Source of the DNA: Marinomonas spartinae
GTDB taxonomy: Bacteria; Pseudomonadota; Gammaproteobacteria; Pseudomonadales; Marinomonadaceae
DNA: 24,000 nt
Assembly: GCF_900089775.1 (NCBI RefSeq)
Contig: NZ_FLOB01000008.1
Span: 158,500-182,499, forward strand
Reading direction: 5' to 3'
Below are positions 17,447-24,000 of this stretch, one piece after another; positions within the stretch are counted from its first letter, which is position 1; each line of letters opens with the position of its first letter. Made by a program: the position numbers and the translations under genes. The notes under the pieces were generated by a model. That model had not been told where the DNA came from, searched no databases, and was given only the letters and a program-made list of their open reading frames with translations.

Positions 17447-17868
17447 GGAAAACACCTCTTTCAAATCATTTAAGTGACCACCATCGTAAAGACTCCACCC
17501 TCACACGTGAACCAAATTCTCTTCATAGAAAACCTGCATAAAATTCACTTTATTAGAAATGCTCGCTGTCACTCAACTGTGTCCATTAAAGACACCCTCC
17601 ATAAAACGAACAAGAGTCTAACGCCGTTGGATTATGAGAAAACGTATACTTTTTACTATGCATTTTTTGAAAATCAAAAACCTAACCAATTGAATTTAAA
17701 TAATTTTATTAAAAATTATTTTTTTGTTTTTTTATAATATTTTATTTTTCCCAAAAAAATTCATTTCAGTGTAAGAAATCCAAACCTCGTCTCGACTAAG
17801 GAATAGAACATCAATAATCACCTTCGTTTTATTAGAACAAAGAAGGTGAAAAACATTCAGAGTCCGAG

Positions 17869-18456
17869 GTGTGTTTGATAAACCATTTTTTACAAGAGAT
17901 TAGTGCTGGTCACCACGCTTACTGGTTTTTGATAGTAGGCATTATTTTGTTGTCTTACTTACTAGAAGACCTTGCCATTGTTACCGCAGCCTCTTTAGCC
18001 GCCCAAGATCAGCTGCCTATATCATTAGCCATGGTAGCAATCGCATTTGGCATTATTACCGGAGATTTTGGACTGTACTATCTAGGTCTACTCACACGAA
18101 AAGTTCGCTGGCTACGTTATAAAACGCTAACGAATAAATATTTTAAAGTAGTACAAAATAGACTGAGTACAAACGCATTTTTAAATCTCTTCATAATCCG
18201 ATTTACGCCAGGGTTACGGGCAATTGGTTTCACCTTAAGCGGTTTCTTTCTTATTCCATTGCCTATTTTTTTGAGCGCTGTGACCTTTGCTACCACACTT
18301 TGGACAGGCGTTGTATTTGGTGTTGTTTATTACTTAGGAACCCGAGCTTGGCTACAAGCAACACAATATCAATGGTTATTAATCCCCGTTGGTGTTGTGG
18401 CTTTATTAATGATTAATCGCATCATTCGTCGTTCTATTTCAAGAGAGTCATTATGA
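17869..18456 (+). CDS. DedA/VTT-domain (SNARE-associated) inner-membrane protein
   Basis: 195 aa with ~5 hydrophobic helices and the DedA-type motif RFTPGLRAIGFTLSGF. Only GTG 17869 or TTG 17875 are possible in-frame starts, because an in-frame stop lies at 17833. GAGG sits immediately upstream, so start-site choice is uncertain. Confidence 0.72.
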   Translation: MCLINHFLQEISAGHHAYWFLIVGIILLSYLLEDLAIVTAASLAAQDQLPISLAMVAIAFGIITGDFGLYYLGLLTRKVRWLRYKTLTNKYFKVVQNRLSTNAFLNLFIIRFTPGLRAIGFTLSGFFLIPLPIFLSAVTFATTLWTGVVFGVVYYLGTRAWLQATQYQWLLIPVGVVALLMINRIIRRSISRESL

Positions 18457-19586
18457 GTCCAACTATGAATGTTCAATCTATTCAAGAGAATAGAATTAAT
18501 GCAGGGATGCCAAGCCTAGAGATGGATTCTCATCGCGTGGTATCGCCTTTTGAATTCTATCCAACTTGGTTTTTTTATACGCCGGTTGTTTTGCAAAGTT
18601 TGTGGTTAGGACTGCGCTATGGAGATTTACGCTTACCCTTGATCGCTAACCCTAGCATCAAACTGAGCGGCATGGTTGGCGAATCGAAACATGATATTTT
18701 GCAATTAGCAGGACCGGTTGCCAAACAGTGGATTTCTCCCTACGTCACCATAACTAAAACAGAGGAATCGATTGATAAGCAGATGCAGCAGGCATTGCAA
18801 GTATTAAGCATGCAAAAACTGACTTTCCCCCTAGTGGCCAAACCGGATGTAGGATGTCGCGGGGTAGGAGTTAAATTAGTCAATAATAATCAGCAATTAA
18901 CAGAATACATTGAGTCTTTTCCAGACAAGGCCCGCTTTTTATTACAACAAAAAGCGCCTTACCAAGCGGAAGCCGGCGTTTTTTATGTTCGCTACCCTGG
19001 TGAAAAGACAGGAAAGATCATTTCCATGACATTGAAATACTCTCCAAGTGTTATAGGTGATGGTATTCATACGCTTAAAGAGCTCATTGAACGCTGCCCT
19101 CGTGCCGGACAATTAAGCCATCTTTATTTACCTCGCCACCAAGAAAAATTGGATTGGGTATTACCTGCCGGAGAAGAGTACCAATTGGCATTTGCTGGGA
19201 GTCATAGTCGCGGTTCCATTTTTAGAAATGGTAATCCATTTATTACCGATGCATTAAGCAAAAAGTTAGATGAGATCTTAAAAGACGTCAACGAGTATTA
19301 CTACGGACGCCTTGATATCAAATTTCAAAACATAAACCTATTTATGCAAGGTAAAAGCTTTACCATTCTCGAAATAAATGGCGCCAGCAGCGAAGCAACA
19401 CATATTTGGGATAGAACTACCAATCTAAAAGAGATCTTCTCAACACTTTTAGCTCAATATCGCATTTTATTTGAAATTGGTGCCAAGCAAAAAGCCAGAG
19501 GGTTTCGTCCTGACTCGATAATGTCGTTACTGACAGAATGGAAGAAAGAACGTGACTTAAGCAAACATTACCCTACAACAGATTAA
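18453..19586 (+). CDS. ATP-grasp carboxylate-amine ligase (D-Ala-D-Ala ligase/RimK-like fold) with an atypical hydrophobic N-terminal ~110 aa
   Basis: The ATG overlaps the DedA stop (ATGA). ATP-grasp signatures are FPLVAKPDVGCRGVGVKLV (Lys plus Gly-rich loop) and TILEINGASSEATHIWD (the E-x-N Mg ligands). The N-terminal segment SPFEFYPTWFFYTPVVLQSLWLGLRYG is unlike canonical pre-ATP-grasp domains. Confidence 0.8.
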   Translation: MSPTMNVQSIQENRINAGMPSLEMDSHRVVSPFEFYPTWFFYTPVVLQSLWLGLRYGDLRLPLIANPSIKLSGMVGESKHDILQLAGPVAKQWISPYVTITKTEESIDKQMQQALQVLSMQKLTFPLVAKPDVGCRGVGVKLVNNNQQLTEYIESFPDKARFLLQQKAPYQAEAGVFYVRYPGEKTGKIISMTLKYSPSVIGDGIHTLKELIERCPRAGQLSHLYLPRHQEKLDWVLPAGEEYQLAFAGSHSRGSIFRNGNPFITDALSKKLDEILKDVNEYYYGRLDIKFQNINLFMQGKSFTILEINGASSEATHIWDRTTNLKEIFSTLLAQYRILFEIGAKQKARGFRPDSIMSLLTEWKKERDLSKHYPTTD

Positions 19587-19608
19587 CCTTGTGCTTTGTG
19601 AGAGATTT

Positions 19609-20163
19609 ATGCAAACGAACTTAATAACTTTATCACCTGTTCAAAACAGAATGCGCACTTCTATTATTGATGGTTGTATTGAAACCTTACAACAAGGGCA
19701 ACAATTTCTATCATCGATCAGCAATAAAGAATACCAATTAGCGGCGCCGCCTTATGTAACCAGCTCGATTGGCAAACATTTTCGCCATTTATTGGATCTG
19801 TTTTATGCCATTTATAGCAAAAAAGACGTAATTGATTACAACCTACGTCGTCGTGACAGTGTGGTAGAGACATCTCGAATCGTCGCATTAGAAGAAATCG
19901 AGGCATTGATAGCATGGTTAGACAATCTAGACGAACATCAATTAGGCCGTAAAGTGTTGGTCTCCACTGAAGTCTGCTTGAACAGCACGCAAGTGTGCGT
20001 TGTGTCTTCTACCTTTGAGCGAGAACTGAGTTTTGTTGCACTGCATGCAACCCATCACTACGCGATGGCTAACGTCATTGTGCGTTCATTGAAGATCAAC
20101 ATAAGGGCGAACGACACATTTGGCTGCGCTCCAACAACCATATCCTATTTAAGAGGACAATAA
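19609..20163 (+). CDS. DinB/YfiT-like four-helix-bundle metalloprotein (putative)
   Basis: 184 aa from the ATG at 19609; the track GTG is at 19591. The His pattern GKHFRHLLD ... (about 90 aa) ... LHATHHYAM matches the DinB-superfamily H / H-x3-H metal triad spacing. The assignment rests on this motif and on size only. Confidence 0.5.
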   Translation: MQTNLITLSPVQNRMRTSIIDGCIETLQQGQQFLSSISNKEYQLAAPPYVTSSIGKHFRHLLDLFYAIYSKKDVIDYNLRRRDSVVETSRIVALEEIEALIAWLDNLDEHQLGRKVLVSTEVCLNSTQVCVVSSTFERELSFVALHATHHYAMANVIVRSLKINIRANDTFGCAPTTISYLRGQ

Positions 20164-20166
20164 ATC

Positions 20167-20910
20167 ATGTGCTCTGTGACCTGGCAATTAGAGGAAGAAG
20201 GCTACCAAGTCTTTTTTAATCGGGATGAACAAAAGCATCGGGCCTTAGGCCTACCACCTAGACAAATACGACTAGATGATGTCAGCGTGCTGATGCCCAT
20301 TGATCCCGTCGGTCAGGGTAGCTGGATAAGTGTGAATGAACTCGGCTTAACCTTATGCTTGCTCAACAACTATCAAGGGTTATGCCCCAAAGGTACGTTG
20401 ATTAGTCGCGGACAACTACTCAAGAGCCTCTCCTCGAAAACGAGCACAGTGGAAATTGAAAAGGCTTTTAACGCTATTGATCCAATGGCGTATGCCCCCT
20501 TCTTATTGGTTGCGTTTGATCCTGCCTTAACCAAACACAAAATGGACGTCATGGTGTTCGAATGGAATGGACAAGACACTGAGATCTACCCAAGGTCTGG
20601 GCCATTGTTTTCTTCCGGTGTGGATTTAGAGCGCGTGGTGGCACACCGGAAGAAAACCTATGAGGATTTTGTTGCAACGGGAAGACAGGGTTTCAGTCAA
20701 CTGCATGCCAGTCACCATGATGAGCATTTACATACGTCATTTTGTATGCACAGAAACGATGCCCACACCGTGAGTTTTACACAGGTAGTTGTGACGCCAA
20801 ATAGCCAAAAAATGAGCTATGTAGCTGGCTCGCCTTGCACACAATTAAATGAAAAAAACCTTATAAAACATAGCGTTTATTTACCATCGAAAAACGCAAT
20901 GGCGTCCTAA
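20167..20910 (+). CDS. NRDE-family protein (TANGO2/DUF833 homolog) with Cys2 N-terminus
   Basis: The protein begins MCSVTWQLEEEGYQVFFNRDEQKHR, carrying the family-defining Met-Cys start and the NRDE motif. GAGGA lies 9 nt upstream. The start is 4 nt after the previous stop. Confidence 0.8.
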   Translation: MCSVTWQLEEEGYQVFFNRDEQKHRALGLPPRQIRLDDVSVLMPIDPVGQGSWISVNELGLTLCLLNNYQGLCPKGTLISRGQLLKSLSSKTSTVEIEKAFNAIDPMAYAPFLLVAFDPALTKHKMDVMVFEWNGQDTEIYPRSGPLFSSGVDLERVVAHRKKTYEDFVATGRQGFSQLHASHHDEHLHTSFCMHRNDAHTVSFTQVVVTPNSQKMSYVAGSPCTQLNEKNLIKHSVYLPSKNAMAS

Positions 20911-20936
20911 TAATTTTATTAATAAAGGGGTTCAAT

Positions 20937-21377
20937 ATGAAAAAGTATGTATTGGTTTTAATGATGCTGCTGAGCGGCTTTGTCTACGCTAAAGACCCTA
21001 TTTATACCAGTTTCTTTAGCAACAAAGCGTTAGATGGCTACGATACCGTTGCCTATTTTACTGACCATAAAGCAGTCGAAGGCAGCAAACAATACACCAC
21101 CAAATACAAAGGTGCGGATTGGTATTTCTCATCGGCTAAGCATTTAGCGATGTTTAAGAAGACCCCTGAGAAATACGCGCCACAATATGGCGGTTATTGT
21201 GCATGGGCGATTGCCGCTAAAAATGATTTCGCCTCCGCCGACCCTCATCAATGGGCCATTGTGGATAGCAAGCTGTATTTAAATTATGACTCAGAGGTTA
21301 AGGCAAAGTGGGATAAAAACCCAAAAGGCTTTATTAAAATGGGCGACCGCAATTGGCCTAGCCTGATCAATAAATAA
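20937..21377 (+). CDS. Secreted YHS-domain protein (YHS-domain (seleno)protein family, Cys form)
   Basis: Signal peptide MKKYVLVLMMLLSGFVYA|KDP. YHS-type core GYDTVAYF...KYKGADWYFSS and the motif YAPQYGGYCAWA, with the Cys encoded by TGT. AAGGGG lies 6 nt upstream. Confidence 0.78.
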   Translation: MKKYVLVLMMLLSGFVYAKDPIYTSFFSNKALDGYDTVAYFTDHKAVEGSKQYTTKYKGADWYFSSAKHLAMFKKTPEKYAPQYGGYCAWAIAAKNDFASADPHQWAIVDSKLYLNYDSEVKAKWDKNPKGFIKMGDRNWPSLINK

Positions 21378-21388
21378 GGGGGCATAAA

Positions 21389-21850
21389 ATGAAAGCAAAA
21401 TTGGTGAAATATATCCCTACTGTGTTGATTGCATTTATCTTTGTACAATCGCTGTTTTTTAAATTTTCTGGCTCTTATGAGACCCAGTATATTTTTTCCA
21501 CCTTGGGAGCATGGTCTGGTTTCATTTGGTTTGCCCATTATGGTGCCTACCTTATAGGGACGTTTGAATTGATTGCGAGCATCCTGCTGTTTACCCGATG
21601 GCATGGCTTAGGCGCCTTGCTAAGCATGGGAATTATGACGGGGGCAATTTTCTTCCATCTGTTCACACCACTTGGAACCAAAATGCCAGAGTATGATGCC
21701 ATGGGGAACGTTGTTGGCAATGATGGTGGAGAGCTCTTTATCCTAGCGTGTCTTGTCTGGCTGTCGAGTGGTTTTTTAGCCATTCGGGACACTCTTTCAG
21801 TGGATGGAATCCTAAACAAAATGCAGCACAGAAATAAGCGTGTTTTATAA
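21389..21850 (+). CDS. DoxX-family membrane protein
   Basis: 153 aa with four hydrophobic helices and a DoxX-like pattern (LIAFIFVQSLFFKFSG, GTFELIASILLF, GIMTGAIFFHLF). AAGGGGG lies 6 nt upstream. The start is 11 nt after the YHS stop. Confidence 0.72.
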   Translation: MKAKLVKYIPTVLIAFIFVQSLFFKFSGSYETQYIFSTLGAWSGFIWFAHYGAYLIGTFELIASILLFTRWHGLGALLSMGIMTGAIFFHLFTPLGTKMPEYDAMGNVVGNDGGELFILACLVWLSSGFLAIRDTLSVDGILNKMQHRNKRVL

Positions 21851-21874
21851 CAAGAAATCTTTAGGTTGAAAGGT

Positions 21875-21900
21875 GTGTCAGCTAGATTCCTAGCTGACAC
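21875..21900. terminator. GC-rich hairpin between convergent genes (operon end / permease end)
   Basis: A perfect 11-bp stem GTGTCAGCTAG / CTAGCTGACAC with loop ATTC. There is no strong U-tract on either strand, so it could be a bidirectional or Rho-assisted terminator, or an RNA-stabilising stem. Confidence 0.5.
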
Positions 21901-21913
21901 AGACCGATAACAA

Positions 21914-23302
21914 TCAGCTCATGTCTGGCTCAAATAAACCACGTTTCATATAAAACTTGACCCAAACCGCAGCGATAAGGCTAATTACCAGCAATATCCC
22001 ACCGGTAATGCTATAAACCAGTTTCGTCATTTCTGGGGAAGGAGAATTGTTTAAAGCAATATAAACCATAGCCACAATCCCAAGAATCTGAGGAATTGGG
22101 AAAAATGGTGTTTTATAAGGACGATGTAGATCAGGAAGACGACGACGCAACACCATGACATCAATGTGCGCAACAATGTAGGCCAATAACCAGCTCGTTG
22201 TCGCAGCAATAACAAGGGTGATTAGTGAGTTAATGGAAAGAGACAAAAATGGGATCGCAATTAATACTGCCATTAGCACAATGCCTACCCATGGCGCACC
22301 AAAACGGTTAGACGCTTTCAACTGTGGGAAAGCCTGCTTTTGATGAGCCATACCATGCAACATTCTAGGAATAGAAGCCAGAACCGTGTTCATCGTACTA
22401 CAAGTAGCCGTTAGGGCCATAACAGTCGCAATGATCATTCCGCTTTTACCAAACACAGCATCCACGTAGTTCAAATATGGAATAGGCGCCGTCGTTAACG
22501 TTTCTACATTGACATACAAGCTTGCGCCATACACAAAGAGTAGAAATATAGTAAAGATGAAAAATAATGACCCATGCATTGCTCTTGGAATATTTTTGGA
22601 TGGATTCTTGACTTCATTGATCATTGGACAGATAAACTCAACCCCAACCATTAGCCACATAGCCAGTGCGACAAAACCAATAAAACTGCCGTTTAGAACC
22701 CCACCAAAACTCCAATCAACATGAGTGCCTGATAGCACCGGATGTGGCTGGCTAATACCCATCGCCGCAGATAAACCAACCGCAATCAATGCAAAAACCA
22801 AAACAAAAGCCAGTAAGTTTTGTACCTTCGCAAAGATGTCAGCACCCACTAAATTCGTCACACATAGGACCACCAAAATAATCATAGGTACGACTTTAGG
22901 CGGAAATACTCCGGGGAAGACCTGATCTAATACACCATCGACTAGAAACATTTCAACTGGAACAGCCAAAAAAGCCACAACGACGTAACCTGCAAATACA
23001 GACACAATGGCAGGGAAATGACCAATCGCCTTTTGCGTGTAAGTTGCCAATGTTCCTTCCTGTGGAAACATAAGCGACAGTTCAGAGAAACTCATGGCAT
23101 TAAACTGCGCAATAATCAATGCTGTGACCATTGCTGCAATAAATGACATTCCACCTAAACCAATCCCTTGTGTTGAAGAAATCATTGCTCCCTGAACAAT
23201 CACAAGCCCAATACAAATTGCCATCATAGTTGGCAAGTTCATCTTCTTAATGGGTTTTATGTTACTTGTTGAGTCCACTTGCGTGTGTGCTGTGTCGCTC
23301 AT
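21914..23302 (-). CDS. APC-superfamily amino acid/polyamine permease
   Basis: 462 aa with ~12 TM helices. The N-terminal pattern MAICIGLVIVQGAMISS...FNAMSFSELSLMFPQEG is typical of APC permeases. AGGAA lies 8 nt upstream of the ATG. Confidence 0.85.
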   Translation of the reverse strand: MSDTAHTQVDSTSNIKPIKKMNLPTMMAICIGLVIVQGAMISSTQGIGLGGMSFIAAMVTALIIAQFNAMSFSELSLMFPQEGTLATYTQKAIGHFPAIVSVFAGYVVVAFLAVPVEMFLVDGVLDQVFPGVFPPKVVPMIILVVLCVTNLVGADIFAKVQNLLAFVLVFALIAVGLSAAMGISQPHPVLSGTHVDWSFGGVLNGSFIGFVALAMWLMVGVEFICPMINEVKNPSKNIPRAMHGSLFFIFTIFLLFVYGASLYVNVETLTTAPIPYLNYVDAVFGKSGMIIATVMALTATCSTMNTVLASIPRMLHGMAHQKQAFPQLKASNRFGAPWVGIVLMAVLIAIPFLSLSINSLITLVIAATTSWLLAYIVAHIDVMVLRRRLPDLHRPYKTPFFPIPQILGIVAMVYIALNNSPSPEMTKLVYSITGGILLVISLIAAVWVKFYMKRGLFEPDMS

Positions 23303-23595
23303 CTTATTATTCCTATCTTTTTTTATTAGAAACGACCAAATCCTTATAGATTTGGACCGACAATGGGTAACGCATTAGAGATCAGATGCTCTCCAGCAAT
23401 AACTACATTCGGGCTATTTAACAAAGACAAAACCAGACTGAATAATCCCGCTGGATAGTAGAACATCTTTCTTAGGATGGATTCCGAAAGTCTAGAACCA
23501 GTACGCTTGTCTATTTTTTTGGTCATTCTATATAGGAAGCAAAATATGAAAATGTCCCTTTAGTGACATTTTTCTTTTGGGATAGGCTGATCTTA

Positions 23596-23630
23596 GAAAA
23601 TAAAAAAGCGCCTTAGAGGCTAAGACGCTT
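23596..23630 (-). terminator. Rho-independent terminator after the partial right-edge gene
   Basis: Minus strand: AAGCGTCTTAG-CCT-CTAAGGCGCTT (one G-U pair), followed by TTTTTTATTTTCT. Confidence 0.65.
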
Positions 23631-23679
23631 ATAAACAAACATAATAATGGAAGACGGGATTTAGTTTGTCTCGATCACA

Positions 23680-24000
23680 CTAAAGACGGCTATTGCCGTA
23701 CACAAACGAACCATTTTCAACAGAGGCTTGAGGACCAGGAACCGCCTCTCCCGTTTGTGGTGAAACAGGAAAAATAGCATTGATCTGCCCTGTACCAGAG
23801 CTCCCAAAGTATGGCGTCACCACTTCTACTTTTTGATCATAATCCGACCAACCTAATGCCCCCAATAGCATGGCAGTATCATGCATAAACCCTTCACCGT
23901 GACCTTTTGCCGCGTATTCAGGCAGCATTTCACAGAATGTTTTCCACTCTGCGTTTTCCCACATTTCAACCACTCTGTGATCCAAAGTTTCTAAGAATGG
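23680..24000 (-). CDS. Hypothetical protein; only the C-terminal ~106 codons are in the window and the 5' end is off the right edge
   Basis: The frame is open to the window edge (...PFLETLDHRVVEMWENAEWKTFCEMLPEYAAKGHGEGFMHDTAMLLGALGWSDYDQKVEVVTPYFGSSGTGQINAIFPVSPQTGEAVPGPQASVENGSFVYGNSRL*). The track start at 23985 is only an internal TTG. A good terminator follows. I do not recognise the family. Confidence 0.5.
   Translation of the reverse strand, partial: PFLETLDHRVVEMWENAEWKTFCEMLPEYAAKGHGEGFMHDTAMLLGALGWSDYDQKVEVVTPYFGSSGTGQINAIFPVSPQTGEAVPGPQASVENGSFVYGNSRL

Noticed and set aside
17447-17700. A riboswitch (cobalamin or SAM), MetJ boxes (AGACGTCT repeats) or a MetR site (TGAA-N5-TTCA) in the leader of the MetE-like gene.
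   Set aside because: Reading the reverse complement, I found no B12 box. The only candidates were weak half-matches (TAGACTCT, and TGAA-N10-TTCA with the wrong spacing). A covariance-model scan would be needed.
17474-17737. An 87-aa plus-strand ORF in the AT-rich spacer.
   Set aside because: It has a GTG start and no SD. Its composition is driven by A/T tracts (NYFFVFL, FIKNY) and it ends in the poly-T region, which looks like non-coding DNA.
23344-23526. A 60-aa minus-strand ORF upstream of the APC permease, and a 5-codon plus-strand mini-ORF MKMSL (23546-23563) with AGGAAG upstream.
   Set aside because: The 60-aa ORF has no SD and no recognisable family. The mini-ORF faces away from any plus-strand gene and coincides with a hairpin arm. 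Neither is supportable without expression data.
1-24000. A search for CRISPR arrays, IS elements/transposases, integrases, phage genes, toxin-antitoxin pairs, known defence-system genes and rRNA.
   Set aside because: I noticed no regularly spaced direct repeats, terminal inverted repeats flanking ORFs, or recognisable mobile or defence protein motifs on either strand.

Overview
This looks like a chromosomal segment from a gammaproteobacterium: the tRNA-Leu genes resemble E. coli's, and there is a CTGT-N8-ACAG LexA box. It is probably a moderately AT-rich marine lineage, but that is inference. Most of the window is ordinary core or accessory-metabolic content. In order it holds a partial alpha/beta hydrolase, a signal-peptide-bearing ATP-dependent DNA ligase (Lig E type), htpG, a CCoAOMT-like O-methyltransferase overlapping a DUF599-like membrane gene, and two tandem tRNA-Leu genes. 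These are followed by LexA-controlled umuDC, a divergent LysR/MFS pair, a SnoaL-GNAT-nitrilase operon, pyrC, deaD, mtfA and a half-size (core) MetE-like methyltransferase. An APC permease and a partial unknown gene close the window. I saw no rRNA, CRISPR array, integrase, transposase or phage gene. The region most worth follow-up is a tightly packed six-gene plus-strand operon at 17869-21850, behind a ~400 bp very AT-rich spacer. It encodes a DedA/VTT membrane protein, an atypical ATP-grasp ligase, a DinB-like His-triad protein, an NRDE/TANGO2-family protein with a Cys2 N-terminus, a secreted YHS-domain protein and a DoxX membrane protein. I cannot map this combination to any characterised pathway. 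I propose it as an undescribed small-molecule (possibly thiol or peptide) or envelope-modification system; that is a hypothesis, not a demonstrated function. Several ORF-track starts use GTG/TTG and are too long, so I trimmed them using RBS and homology logic. Coordinates of small motifs were indexed by hand and may be off by 1-2 nt.
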